Positions 34,223 through 44,231 of a stretch of 64,000 nt of DNA are shown here, piece by piece. Every line of letters begins with the position of its first letter. Position 1 is the stretch's first letter. The notes under the pieces were generated by a model. That model was not told the origin of the DNA, did no database searches, and saw nothing but the letters and a program-made list of their open reading frames with translations. The position numbers and the translations under genes are program-made. Source of the stretch: Candidatus Nomurabacteria bacterium (GTDB taxonomy: Bacteria; Patescibacteriota; Minisyncoccia; Phycocordibacterales; UBA918); the NCBI GenBank assembly GCA_020632015.1, contig JACKGI010000003.1, positions 65,421 to 129,420 on the forward strand, read 5' to 3'.

Positions 34223-35314
34223 ATGAGTCTTTTTGGAAACATCATCTCTTCAGTTAAAGCAGGATCACAATCCTCGAATGGTGTTGTTGGTATTGATATT
34301 GGATCATCATCAATAAAAGTAATTGAGTTGCATGAACAAAAGGGTGTTATCACATTGGCAACTTATGGTGAGATTCAGCTCGGCCCCTATGTTGGTAAGT
34401 CAAACGGTGAGTCCGTTTCCTTGGAAGCCAAGCAAGAGCAAGTGGCCTTGGTAGACGTAATTAGAGAGTCAGCAGTAAAGGCGAGGCAAGGAGTTTTTGC
34501 TATGCCACTTTCTTCTAGTTTTGTAACAAACGTAAGTATTCAAGCAGATCCAGACGCTGACTTGGCGGCGCTTGTAAGGATAGAAGCTCGAAAAGTAATA
34601 CCGGCCTCACTTAGTGAAGTGACACTAGATTGGGCTGAAGTAGAGATTACTAAAAAAGAATCAAAAACTACTGAAGCCAATCAACGAAACGTCTTAATCG
34701 CCTCTATCCAAAATGTAGCTCTTGAGCGCTTCAAAGTTTTAATGCAATTCGTTGGTCTTACCAAACCACCAACAGAAATAGAATGCTTCAGCACAATCAG
34801 AGGTTTATATGATAGTGACGAGGACGATATAGCAATCGTTGACATAGGAGCTGTTTCTTCAAAGTTGTATATTGCAAGAAAAGGTCTGCTGATGCGAATG
34901 TATCGCATCAGAGCTGGTGGTGTAATAGCAACCCAAAAAATTGCAGAAGCATTAGGTACTGATTTCGAAACAGCAGAAGAAACAAAGTGTTCAATTAATA
35001 AACAAGCTAGTAATTTCTCTGAGGTAAAGCGAGCTCATGATCAAAGTTATGAACGCGCTTTTCGCGAGTTTAGTCAGGTTATAAGAGAATACGAAAACAA
35101 AACAGGTATTACTATTAGTACAGTTTATCTTTCAGGAGGCGGGGCACTTTTCCCTGGCATTGACTCTCAACTAAAGTCTGTCTTGGACAGGGAGGTTCTG
35201 CCAGCGAATCCTTTTTCAAAAGTTGCTTACCCAGCATTTATGGAAGACACGATGAAAGAAATTGGTCCGTCTTTTGCCGTGGCTCTTGGGGCGGCACTTA
35301 GGGCCTTCGAGTAG
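34223..35314 (+). CDS. pilM: type IV pilus assembly protein PilM (actin-like ATPase fold)
   Basis: VGIDIGSSSIKVIEL N-terminus and SGGGALFPG. First gene of the pilus operon. Confidence 0.85.
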   Translation: MSLFGNIISSVKAGSQSSNGVVGIDIGSSSIKVIELHEQKGVITLATYGEIQLGPYVGKSNGESVSLEAKQEQVALVDVIRESAVKARQGVFAMPLSSSFVTNVSIQADPDADLAALVRIEARKVIPASLSEVTLDWAEVEITKKESKTTEANQRNVLIASIQNVALERFKVLMQFVGLTKPPTEIECFSTIRGLYDSDEDDIAIVDIGAVSSKLYIARKGLLMRMYRIRAGGVIATQKIAEALGTDFETAEETKCSINKQASNFSEVKRAHDQSYERAFREFSQVIREYENKTGITISTVYLSGGGALFPGIDSQLKSVLDREVLPANPFSKVAYPAFMEDTMKEIGPSFAVALGAALRAFE

Positions 35315-35368
35315 TAGTGTCCACAGCAGAGAAGTTTTTTCACATAGTTCCAACGTATAATAAAAAAT

Positions 35369-36109
35369 ATGGCAGATCTTTCCAATAGTTCATTTATTCC
35401 TAAGCGTGGCCCAGTAAAGCAAAAGAAGCGGTCTTCGTCGCGCAAGGTATACATTTTTACATTAGTGAGCTACACCCTCATGTTTGCAACTTTGCTCGGT
35501 GCAGGAGGTGTTTATTTATATAGTAATTACATAGACAGGCTGCTTGAAACAGAAGTTACTAATCTGTATTCAGAAATCAGAAGTTTCGACGAAGCGCAGA
35601 TGTTAAACGTTCAAGATTTTAATGCCCGCCTAAGTCAGGCATCTGACCGAATAGACAATAGTGTTTCAGTAGGTTCAATTTTTTCTGCTTTAGAGGCGGC
35701 TACTATTGGCACCGTTAAAATTGATTCTCTTTCTCTGGTTAGAGAGTTTGACGAAAAATTCTTATTGAACGCATCTATCCAAACAGATTCTTTTGATTCA
35801 ACAATTTTTCAGCGTGGAGTTTTCACTCGTAATAACGAAGTTGTTACTTCCGTCGCTATCAATAACCTAAGAGCTTCTGGTCTTGGGGGAGGTCTTGCTG
35901 TGTCTGAAGAGGACGGTGACGAATACACAGCACCAGTAACTTTTGACGTAGAATTAGAAATTCCGATATCGACAGTTCCTTATACAGTTATAGAAGATAT
36001 CGCTCAACCTCTGACAATTACTGAACCAGAAGCTGTTTTCACAGATGGTGAACAAGTTGACTCTCTTGAGGATGATGAGGTATTGGAAGATAATCAAACT
36101 GACATATGA
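35369..36109 (+). CDS. PilN-like pilus alignment protein
   Basis: Short cytoplasmic N-terminus, single TM, periplasmic-type domain. Position after pilM. Confidence 0.55.
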   Translation: MADLSNSSFIPKRGPVKQKKRSSSRKVYIFTLVSYTLMFATLLGAGGVYLYSNYIDRLLETEVTNLYSEIRSFDEAQMLNVQDFNARLSQASDRIDNSVSVGSIFSALEAATIGTVKIDSLSLVREFDEKFLLNASIQTDSFDSTIFQRGVFTRNNEVVTSVAINNLRASGLGGGLAVSEEDGDEYTAPVTFDVELEIPISTVPYTVIEDIAQPLTITEPEAVFTDGEQVDSLEDDEVLEDNQTDI

Positions 36110-36693
36110 TCCCTCAAGGTTTATTTACACAAATTGGAATGGTTATTATTTCGGCGGCTGTCATAGTCACGTATATTCAACCAATCTTTACAGAAATCGG
36201 AGTAAAGCAAAAAGACATATCTATCTATCAGGATAAGATTAAAAGTGTCTCAGCGGTAAATGATAAGTTGGATTCTTTAACAGCTCGTCTAAATAGCGTT
36301 TCAACAGATGACAATAGAAGATTGTTGACCTATATGCCAGATGAGATTGATTCGATATCTGTCATAAGAGATTTATACTTAATATCCAATCAGGCTGGTG
36401 TATTTTATGTGGATGCACAGTATGAAGGTGAGGTCGAAGACAGAAAAGCTTCCGCTTCATCAGAAGGGGTTGATACAGATCCTCGAAAGTACTCATTCCT
36501 GCTTTCAGTTGAAGGTACATATAGTCAGATAAAAGGATTGATTAGTCTCTTAGAGCAAAATAATTATCCTTTAGAAATTCATAGTCTAGATATTGATCAG
36601 TTGGAAGGAGGTTTTTTGTCAGTAAATCTATCACTGGTCACATATTCATATAAGAGTTTCATTATTGGTGGCGATAACAAGATAGAATTGTAG
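36106..36693 (+). CDS. PilO-like pilus alignment protein
   Basis: Single TM plus coiled coil plus C-terminal domain. Overlaps the previous stop. Confidence 0.55.
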   Translation: MIPQGLFTQIGMVIISAAVIVTYIQPIFTEIGVKQKDISIYQDKIKSVSAVNDKLDSLTARLNSVSTDDNRRLLTYMPDEIDSISVIRDLYLISNQAGVFYVDAQYEGEVEDRKASASSEGVDTDPRKYSFLLSVEGTYSQIKGLISLLEQNNYPLEIHSLDIDQLEGGFLSVNLSLVTYSYKSFIIGGDNKIEL

Positions 36694-36694
36694 T

Positions 36695-37012
36695 ATGGGA
36701 AAAACACTAACAAACCTCTCTGTTGTACTTGGTTTAATCACTATTGCTTTTGGTGGTTTCTACTTGTATACCCAGTACGGATCTTCTACTTTAGGTTCCA
36801 GTGCAAATAGTCAAAATATGCTTAATGAGACAAAAGTTTTCATTGAGCGTGGTGAAATTCTCGAGAAAACAACTCTTGATATTGGTTTTTTCGAAGATGA
36901 GCGTTTCCGTTCTTTACAAAGCTACACTACACCAATTAATGAATATCCAATCGGTCGACCCGATCCTTTTTCAGACACGAACTCTAATTCAGTAGTAGAA
37001 GACAACTCATAA
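36695..37012 (+). CDS. small single-TM protein of the pilus operon
   Basis: 105-aa ORF with an N-terminal TM, tightly coupled to its neighbours. Confidence 0.5.
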   Translation: MGKTLTNLSVVLGLITIAFGGFYLYTQYGSSTLGSSANSQNMLNETKVFIERGEILEKTTLDIGFFEDERFRSLQSYTTPINEYPIGRPDPFSDTNSNSVVEDNS

Positions 37013-37021
37013 ATTTTAACT

Positions 37022-38866
37022 ATGGATCCGCTACAAGCACTCAAGGAACGTGGTGGGACAGAAGAAGCCTTCATAAATGAGGCTGAGAGAATTGTTGCGG
37101 AAACAGGCAGAACATACGAGTCTGTCTTTTTGGAGTTGGGAATGTCAAAAGATGAGGTCAGAAATTTTTTGGCTGATTTTTATCAAGTGCCAGCTTTTCA
37201 GATACCTGAAGGATTTTCGGTATCCCAAGAAGTGCTTGATTATATCTCCGAAGAATCAGCGACTCACTATCGAATGATTCCTCTGAAGATAGAAGACGAG
37301 GTTCTGATTATTGGTGTTAATAATCCGGACAATCTTCAGATGCGGGAGGCTCTGAACTTTATCAGTACCAAGAACAATCTTCCTTATCGCTTGGTCTTCA
37401 TGCTTGATGAGGACATTGAAAAAGTTCACACTTTTTATGCAAACCTAGAGGGGGACGTGGGGCATGCTCTTGAAACTCTGGAAACAGAACTAGATGCTGA
37501 GATTGCAGCTAGTCTGGAAGAGTCCTCAGAAGACACCAAGCAATCTTTCGAACATATTGAAGAAGATGCACCGGTAACAAAAATTGTAGCTACAATTCTA
37601 CGTTATGCAGTAGATGGAAGTGCGTCTGATATTCACATAGAACCAACTCCACGAAAAGTAGGTGTCAGATTTAGAGTGGATGGTGCTTTGGCCAAGAGTC
37701 TAGAGCTACCTAAGAACGTCCACATGGCAGTCGTGGCTAGAGTAAAAATTCTTTCTTCAATGCGTCTAGACGAGAGACGCAAGCCTCAAGATGGACGTTT
37801 TTCTGCAACCTTTGATGATAGAAAAATCGATTTCCGTGTCTCAGTACTGCCGACCAACCATGGAGAAAAGGTGGTGATGCGTATTTTGGATACTAGTAAG
37901 GGTGTTCGAAGTCTGCTCGAAAGTGGTATTTCCAAGGTTAATATGGAAATAATCAAGAAGGTCGTTAAAGAACCTTATGGCATCATTTTAATTTCTGGTC
38001 CAACTGGTTCTGGTAAGTCGACGACTCTCCGAGGGATGATTCAAGAAGTCGATACTTTGACTAAGAACGTGATGTCTTTGGAAGATCCGGTGGAATACAA
38101 CATGGACAATGTTAGTCAGTCACAGGTAAGACCAGAAATTGGTTACACTTTTGCGCGAGGTCTTAGGGCCGCTCTCCGTCAAGACCCGGATATCATTATG
38201 GTGGGTGAGATTCGAGATAAAGAAACCGCACAGTTGGCTATTCAAGCAGCTCTTACCGGACACTTGGTGCTGTCTACAATTCACACCAACAATGCCATTG
38301 GTGTTATTCCTCGGTTGGTAGACATGGGGGTAGATCCATATTTGATTGCGCCAACGCTCAAAATGGCGATTGCGCAAAGATTGGCGAGAACTCTATGTAA
38401 GGGTACCGGTAAAGAAGAGGAGATAGATGTTAGTACAAAATTTAGAATAGAGAAAACTTTTAGTACTTTGCCAACAAAGTACCACAAACATATTCCTGAA
38501 AGTCGAACTGTCCTGCACCCAGAAGTAACTCCAACCTGTGCCACTGGCTATAGCGGACGAACAGCGGTTACTGAGGTTTTGGAAATCAATGAAGAAATGC
38601 AAGAATTAATTCTTAAGAATGCTTCAGAAGAAGAGTTTTTCCAAGCGGCTAGAAAGAATGGTTTTATTACAATTCAAGAAGATGCCATTATCAAAGCCTT
38701 GAATCACGAGATACCTTATGAAGAGATGAATGCCTTTAGTACAATGATTGGAATCGAAAGTGCTGAAGAGGGAATAGATACTGAGATGTTTGATACTGTC
38801 GATAACCTTCAAGAGCTTGAGGTGTCAGAGGCTATAATGAAAGATGATGAAGCTACTACTCATTGA
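37022..38866 (+). CDS. pilB: type IV pilus extension ATPase PilB/GspE family
   Basis: Walker A GPTGSGKST, Asp box, tetracysteine-like region, N-terminal GSPII_E domain. Confidence 0.9.
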   Translation: MDPLQALKERGGTEEAFINEAERIVAETGRTYESVFLELGMSKDEVRNFLADFYQVPAFQIPEGFSVSQEVLDYISEESATHYRMIPLKIEDEVLIIGVNNPDNLQMREALNFISTKNNLPYRLVFMLDEDIEKVHTFYANLEGDVGHALETLETELDAEIAASLEESSEDTKQSFEHIEEDAPVTKIVATILRYAVDGSASDIHIEPTPRKVGVRFRVDGALAKSLELPKNVHMAVVARVKILSSMRLDERRKPQDGRFSATFDDRKIDFRVSVLPTNHGEKVVMRILDTSKGVRSLLESGISKVNMEIIKKVVKEPYGIILISGPTGSGKSTTLRGMIQEVDTLTKNVMSLEDPVEYNMDNVSQSQVRPEIGYTFARGLRAALRQDPDIIMVGEIRDKETAQLAIQAALTGHLVLSTIHTNNAIGVIPRLVDMGVDPYLIAPTLKMAIAQRLARTLCKGTGKEEEIDVSTKFRIEKTFSTLPTKYHKHIPESRTVLHPEVTPTCATGYSGRTAVTEVLEINEEMQELILKNASEEEFFQAARKNGFITIQEDAIIKALNHEIPYEEMNAFSTMIGIESAEEGIDTEMFDTVDNLQELEVSEAIMKDDEATTH

Positions 38867-39212
38867 TGACGATGCATTTTTGCGTGATATGTACGCAACG
38901 AAATTTACTGCTTCTGGATATAGTGTAGAGGTTGCGGACAGTGCGTCTTCAGCTTTGCGAATACTCCAAGGCGGGCAAGATTTTTCGGTGATTCTGCTTG
39001 ATATGGTTATGCCAGGGATGACAGGGGTTGAGCTAATTGAAGAGATTAAGAATCAGTTCCCAGACCTAAAAGCCAAATGCATTGTGTTATCAAACCAAGG
39101 GCAACAAGAAGATATAGATAAGGCAATGGAAGCTGGGGCCGTTGGATACATTATTAAGGCAGAGTCAGTACCAAGTGACGTTGTTAAAAAAGTAGAAGCC
39201 CTTTCAAAATAA
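38844..39212 (+). CDS. CheY-like response regulator receiver protein
   Basis: LLIDDD, phospho-acceptor LLDMVMPGM, and the conserved K in GYIIK. Overlaps the pilB 3' end. Confidence 0.85.
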   Translation: MMKLLLIDDDAFLRDMYATKFTASGYSVEVADSASSALRILQGGQDFSVILLDMVMPGMTGVELIEEIKNQFPDLKAKCIVLSNQGQQEDIDKAMEAGAVGYIIKAESVPSDVVKKVEALSK

Positions 39213-39217
39213 ATATT

Positions 39218-40285
39218 ATGGCAGTTGATTACAAAAAAGAACTAAATGGTCTAATAGAACTAATTCTCAAAGAACAGGCTTCTGACCTGCACTTTTCAGT
39301 TGGCGCTCACCCGCTTATTAGAGTTTCTGGAACATTGATTCCGCTTCTAAAAAAACCAGTCCTAACTGATGCTGATGTAAATTCTTTTGCCAAAGTACTA
39401 ATGCGAGAAGACCAGTACGCTCGATATGCTCAATTTAATGAGATAGATTTTTCTTTTGAAAATACTGAAGGTGTTCGTTTCCGAGGTAATGCATTTCACC
39501 AGCGAGGCAAAATGGGTATTGCGCTTCGATTAATTCCAAATGTAATTAGAAGTTACGAAGAATTAAATCTTCCACCTATTTTGGAAAGTTTTACACAGCG
39601 TTCACAAGGTTTCTTTCTCTGTGTAGGACCAGTTGGTCAAGGTAAGTCAACGACTTTAGCTGCGATGATTAATACAATCAACAAGACTAGAGCAGAACAC
39701 ATTGTTACCATCGAAGACCCAATTGAGTACGTTTACGAAGAAGAGAAGGCTCTAATTGACCAGCGAGAAATTGGTATCGATTCAAAAGATTTTCAAACTG
39801 CCCTCAATGCTGCTTTCCGTCAGGACGTGGATGTGATTCTGGTTGGTGAGATGAGAAATACAGAGACAATCGCAGCAGCGGTTACAGCTGCAGAAACCGG
39901 TCACTTGGTATATTCAACCCTTCACACCAATGATGCAGCGCAGACAATCAACCGTATCGTTGACTCGTTCCCAGGAACACAGCAAGATCAAATTCGAGTC
40001 CAATTAGCAGGTTCACTAATCGCTATTTTTTCACAAAGACTAATTCCTCACATAACTGGAGGTTTGGTCCCTGCTTATGAGCTTTTGATCAATAATCATG
40101 CGGTCAGTAACTTGATTCGTGAGAATAGAATCCATGAAATACCTTCGGTAATCGAAACTGGTCTTGAGCAAGGAATGATTGATATGAATCGATCTTTAGC
40201 AAGATTGGTGCAAAACGGGGATATCACAGTCGAGAATGCCTTTACTTATTCAGTGAACCCTAAGGGATTAGAACGTCTTATTTAA
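39218..40285 (+). CDS. pilT: twitching-motility retraction ATPase PilT
   Basis: Walker A GPVGQGKST, ASDLH and GHLV(Y)STLHTN motifs. Confidence 0.9.
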   Translation: MAVDYKKELNGLIELILKEQASDLHFSVGAHPLIRVSGTLIPLLKKPVLTDADVNSFAKVLMREDQYARYAQFNEIDFSFENTEGVRFRGNAFHQRGKMGIALRLIPNVIRSYEELNLPPILESFTQRSQGFFLCVGPVGQGKSTTLAAMINTINKTRAEHIVTIEDPIEYVYEEEKALIDQREIGIDSKDFQTALNAAFRQDVDVILVGEMRNTETIAAAVTAAETGHLVYSTLHTNDAAQTINRIVDSFPGTQQDQIRVQLAGSLIAIFSQRLIPHITGGLVPAYELLINNHAVSNLIRENRIHEIPSVIETGLEQGMIDMNRSLARLVQNGDITVENAFTYSVNPKGLERLI

Positions 40286-40295
40286 CAAATAGTAT

Positions 40296-41513
40296 ATGCT
40301 CTTTAATTACAAAGCAGTTGATGGAAATAACATACAGCGCGAAGGAACGGTGGAAGCCCCTTCTATAGACGCGGCTATCTCTGCTGTACAAAAACGAGGC
40401 TACACTTTGGTTTCTATTGATGAGCAGGGTAAGTCAGATGGAATTCTTGGCGCTCTCAATATTGAATTTTCGTTCTTTCAGACTGTTTCAAATAAGGACG
40501 TGGTTATTTTGTCACGACAGATTGCCACCCTTTTCCAAGCCCAGGTATCACCACTTCGAATTTTTCGATTACTTTCAGCTGAGGTAGAAAATCCACAACT
40601 ACAGTTGGCCATGAACCGTATTGTAGAAGACTTGCAAGCTGGTAGTTCTATCTCAAGGGCTTTGGCCATGCATCCAGATATATTTTCTTCATTCTATGTA
40701 AACCTCGTACGTGCAGGTGAAGAGTCTGGTTCACTAGAGAAATCTTTTGATTATTTAGCCGATTATCTTGATAGACAATACGAAGTAGTTGCTAAAGCAA
40801 GAAATGCACTAGTCTATCCAGCCTTCGTGGTTACTATTTTTGTTGTGGTGATGGGAATGATGCTTACGTTGGTGATTCCAAATATTGCAAAAATCCTTAC
40901 TGATTCTGGACAGGAGTTACCAATCTACACCAAGATTGTCATTGGGATATCCAACTTCATGGTCGACTACATAGGGGTAATACTTTTGCTACTTCTTGCT
41001 GGAGGTGTCTCCCTATGGAGATTTTCAAAAACTTCAGTCGGGAAGCGTGCTATAGATGAGTTTATTATTTCTGTTCCATATCTAGGGGATTTGCAACGTA
41101 AACTCCTTTTGACACGTATCTGTGACAACATGGCAACCATGCTTGATAGTGGTATTTCTATTGTGCAGGCACTTGAAGTGACTTCAGATGTTGTAGACAA
41201 TGAAGTTTATAGAGAAATAGTCCAATCAGCTCTGGTAGAGGTAACGGGCGGTAGATCTTTTGCAGATGCTATTTCAGAGTATCCAGAAATTCCTGGTGTG
41301 TTGGCACAAATGGCAAAAGTCGGTGAAGAAACTGGAAGTCTTGGTAGTATTCTGACTACATTGGCGAACTTCTATCGTCGTGAAGTAAACAATGCGGTAG
41401 ATACACTCATCGGACTTATCGAGCCGGCAATGATTGTGATGCTTGGTCTCGGGGTGGGGGTATTGTTGGCTTCAGTACTTATGCCTATCTACAATCTTTC
41501 GAGTGCGTTCTAG
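40296..41513 (+). CDS. pilC: type IV pilus platform protein PilC/GspF family
   Basis: Duplicated T2SF domains and three TM segments. Length 405 aa. Confidence 0.9.
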   Translation: MLFNYKAVDGNNIQREGTVEAPSIDAAISAVQKRGYTLVSIDEQGKSDGILGALNIEFSFFQTVSNKDVVILSRQIATLFQAQVSPLRIFRLLSAEVENPQLQLAMNRIVEDLQAGSSISRALAMHPDIFSSFYVNLVRAGEESGSLEKSFDYLADYLDRQYEVVAKARNALVYPAFVVTIFVVVMGMMLTLVIPNIAKILTDSGQELPIYTKIVIGISNFMVDYIGVILLLLLAGGVSLWRFSKTSVGKRAIDEFIISVPYLGDLQRKLLLTRICDNMATMLDSGISIVQALEVTSDVVDNEVYREIVQSALVEVTGGRSFADAISEYPEIPGVLAQMAKVGEETGSLGSILTTLANFYRREVNNAVDTLIGLIEPAMIVMLGLGVGVLLASVLMPIYNLSSAF

Positions 41514-41530
41514 TTTTGAATTGGAGTAAC

Positions 41531-41558
41531 AAAAACCGACCTAAAAAGGTCGGTTTTT
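41531..41558 (+). terminator. Rho-independent terminator after pilC
   Basis: AAAAACCGACC-TAAAAA-GGTCGGTTTTT followed by GTTTT. Confidence 0.8.
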
Positions 41559-41630
41559 GTTTTAGGTATTTCAAAAGTTTCAGTGTTTCAAAAAACCTTC
41601 GCATAATACTGTAGGTCAAGAAATGTCTAT

Positions 41631-41682
41631 AAAAGTGACCAAAATCATAGTCGGCTTCGCCTCGTTGATTTTGGTCACTTTT
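41631..41682 (+). other. 17-bp perfect-stem hairpin in the pilin upstream region
   Basis: AAAAGTGACCAAAATCA ... TGATTTTGGTCACTTTT with an 18-nt loop. Confidence 0.7.
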
Positions 41683-41751
41683 CCCCACGCTAAAAATTAT
41701 TTGCATAACAAAGGCTTATAATAAAAGAAGCCGCGAACAACGTAGGCAACG

Positions 41752-41782
41752 CATTTCAGATACACAGCTGATATCTGAAATG
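41752..41782 (+). other. 11-bp perfect-stem hairpin 28 nt upstream of the pilin start
   Basis: CATTTCAGATA-CACAGCTGA-TATCTGAAATG. Confidence 0.7.
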
Positions 41783-41809
41783 GGTATTAAAGTTTAACTT
41801 AACAAAAAT

Positions 41810-42271
41810 ATGAAAAAGACATTCCAACGAGGTTTCACATTGATTGAACTTCTCGTCGTGATTGCAATTATTGGTATCTTGGCAGCGGTGGTTCTTGCTT
41901 CTTTGAACGATGCTCGACAGAGTGGTTCTGATGCAGCAATCAAACAAAGTCTAGGAAACGCACGTTCACAAGCTGAGATTGTTTACAACGCAAACGGAGT
42001 ATTCTCATACGCAGGAGTGTGTGCTGACCCTAAGGTTCAACAATTATTAGATGCAGCGGTAACTGCGGCTGGTCAAGATCCAGCTGATATTGAACTTACA
42101 GGTACTGCACAAACTGCTACAAATGGCGTGTGTCATGATTCAGCCTCAGCTTGGGTTATCTCGTCTCCTTTGGCTAGTTCTGCCGGAACATCATATTGGT
42201 GTGTAGACAGCGATGGATTCGTAGCTAGTACCTCAGCTCTTGTTGGTGCTAGTGATATGGCTTGTAACTAG
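41810..42271 (+). CDS. type IV pilin (major pilin candidate)
   Basis: Prepilin leader MKKTFQRG|FTLIELLVVIAIIGIL with E5. C-terminal Cys pairs. Confidence 0.9.
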   Translation: MKKTFQRGFTLIELLVVIAIIGILAAVVLASLNDARQSGSDAAIKQSLGNARSQAEIVYNANGVFSYAGVCADPKVQQLLDAAVTAAGQDPADIELTGTAQTATNGVCHDSASAWVISSPLASSAGTSYWCVDSDGFVASTSALVGASDMACN

Positions 42272-42291
42272 TATTAATTTACTTTTGCTAC

Positions 42292-42315
42292 AAAAGGCGC
42301 CGTTAGGCGCCTTTT
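42292..42315 (+). terminator. Rho-independent terminator after pilin 1
   Basis: AAAAGGCGCC-GTTA-GGCGCCTTTT followed by TG. Confidence 0.8.
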
Positions 42316-42363
42316 TGTGTATTCCTTTGTTTTCTGGATGTTTGAGAATGTATAATGAACCTA

Positions 42364-42777
42364 ATGAAAATGACGCAAAAGGGATTTACACTCATAGAAC
42401 TTCTCGTCGTGATTGCAATTATTGGTATCTTGGCAGCGGTAGTTTTATCGGCTCTGAATGACGCTAGAACTCAAGGTATCGAGGCGAAGATTAAGGGAGA
42501 GATGGATAGTTTGGCAAAACGCGCGGCCATAGACGAGGCTCGCTCTTTTACCTTCGATACGGTTTGCGGTTCAAATGGCTTCTCAACTTCCACCGAAATA
42601 GTAGAACTAATCGCATCTATTAACTCACTGGCTTCCAGTTCGGTAGTCTGTAATAGTGACACTACCGCCTTTGCCGCTTCGGTACCAATCGGTAACATAC
42701 ATTGGTGCGTCGATAGTTTTGGTGGAAAAGAAGAACTGTCTGCTCCCTTAGGTTCCGGCGTTCTTGCTTGTCAATAA
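42364..42777 (+). CDS. type IV pilin paralog
   Basis: Leader MKMTQKG|FTLIELLVVIAIIGIL. 44 bp of its 5' coding DNA are identical to pilin 1 (42397-42440 = 41846-41889). Confidence 0.85.
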   Translation: MKMTQKGFTLIELLVVIAIIGILAAVVLSALNDARTQGIEAKIKGEMDSLAKRAAIDEARSFTFDTVCGSNGFSTSTEIVELIASINSLASSSVVCNSDTTAFAASVPIGNIHWCVDSFGGKEELSAPLGSGVLACQ

Positions 42778-42783
42778 TTTGTC

Positions 42784-43623
42784 ATGATTTCTTTACTTGA
42801 AATATCCTTTCTGCCAATGAGTTGGTGGTACACGGTCGCATTTACTTTTGGAATTATAATTGGAAGTTTTCTTAATGTTTACATTTATCGTTTCCACACT
42901 GGTAAATCTTTAGCTGGACATTCGCACTGTCTGTCTTGTGGAACCCAGCTACGCTGGTACGAGTTATTTCCTCTTTTTTCCTACGTTAGTCTTTTGGGGA
43001 AGTGTCGCACGTGCGGGTGTCGGATAACACCTCGCTACTTTCTTGTTGAGTTGTGTACAGGGGTACTTTTTTCACTTGTCTTGACGATAACATTAGATCC
43101 ACTATTGATTCTTTTGCTGTGGTCTGTAGTTTCTATGTTAGTTGTTATCACCGTTTATGATTTGTACCATTTTATTATTCCGGATGCTCTGACTTTGGCT
43201 CTAAGTATAAACTCACTGGCTATTATGCTGTACAAATTTTTTGCTTACGGCGGTCTTCAATCGCAGTTACTTTGGACATTTGGGGCTAGTCTTCTCGGCT
43301 CACTCTTCTTTTTTATTTTGTGGTTTGTTTCAAAAGGAAAATGGCTTGGCTTTGGTGATGTAAAACTAGCTTTTCCTCTTGGTCTTTTGGTTGGTCCGGA
43401 ACTAGTTTTCTCTTTCGTCGTTTTATCTTTTTGGGTTGGTGCAATTATAAGTTTGGCTATGCTTGGCTGGGAAAATTTGAAAAGGGGAAAAGCTCACTTA
43501 CATTTAAGGAGCAGAGCCCTTACAATGAAGAGTGCTGTTCCGTTTGCTCCGTTTCTGGTGGCCAGCTGTCTCATAATTTTATTTACTCACTTCAATGTCT
43601 TGGAACTTTTTAGCTTCATATAA
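42784..43623 (+). CDS. pilD: prepilin peptidase (A24, PilD)
   Basis: N-terminal CxxC...CxxC zinc motif, polytopic, catalytic Asp regions (VYDL..., GFGDVKL). Confidence 0.9.
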   Translation: MISLLEISFLPMSWWYTVAFTFGIIIGSFLNVYIYRFHTGKSLAGHSHCLSCGTQLRWYELFPLFSYVSLLGKCRTCGCRITPRYFLVELCTGVLFSLVLTITLDPLLILLLWSVVSMLVVITVYDLYHFIIPDALTLALSINSLAIMLYKFFAYGGLQSQLLWTFGASLLGSLFFFILWFVSKGKWLGFGDVKLAFPLGLLVGPELVFSFVVLSFWVGAIISLAMLGWENLKRGKAHLHLRSRALTMKSAVPFAPFLVASCLIILFTHFNVLELFSFI

Positions 43624-44227
43624 CAAAACCGCAGACGTGCGAAATTACAAAGCCCAAGCTGGTTTTGGATTGGTTGAGCTTTTGGTGAGTATCAGTATCG
43701 TGGTGATTGTGGCTAGTATTATTCTAACCAAACAAAGTACTTTTAACAGCTCTGTGCTCTTACGAGGGCAAGCTTACGAGGTGGCTTTGCGAGCACGCGA
43801 GGTGCAACTTAGTGCGGTTAGTGCTACTAACGATGCTGCTAGTGATTTCCGTTCAGTTTTAGGTTTGCACTTTGATGTGACAAATGGAAATGAAGGCGGA
43901 TACAAAATCTTTAGGGATGCAAATCTTGATGGTTTCTATAGTGGAAGTGGGGAAGAGTATGATGTTCAAGGGCAACTTGATAATCGTTTTGAAATTCGGG
44001 AAATAAGAGTAATTGATGGTGGGGGGACATCTGTCGAAAATGACTTGTCGATTATTTTCGTACGACCAAACTTCGACGCTAGATTTTTTGTTGATGCTGG
44101 ACAGGCTAATGAGAAAACTCAGGCAACAGCAGAAATAGATGTGGCCAGACGTGGAATCGTCGGTACAGGTAATGAGGTTTTAAGGACAGTTGTGATTACT
44201 TCTACTGGTCAGATTAGCGTAAAATAG
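43595..44227 (+). CDS. minor pilin / pseudopilin
   Basis: Class III signal ...KAQAG|FGLVELLVSISIV. An in-frame GTG at 43637, after the pilD stop, would give a more typical short leader. Confidence 0.7.
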   Translation: MSWNFLASYNKTADVRNYKAQAGFGLVELLVSISIVVIVASIILTKQSTFNSSVLLRGQAYEVALRAREVQLSAVSATNDAASDFRSVLGLHFDVTNGNEGGYKIFRDANLDGFYSGSGEEYDVQGQLDNRFEIREIRVIDGGGTSVENDLSIIFVRPNFDARFFVDAGQANEKTQATAEIDVARRGIVGTGNEVLRTVVITSTGQISVK

Positions 44228-44231
44228 TTAT

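Noticed and set aside
41741-41760. Sigma-54 type pilin promoter (AGGCAACGCATTTCA)
   Set aside because: The GG element is present, but the -12 GC is not at the required spacing.
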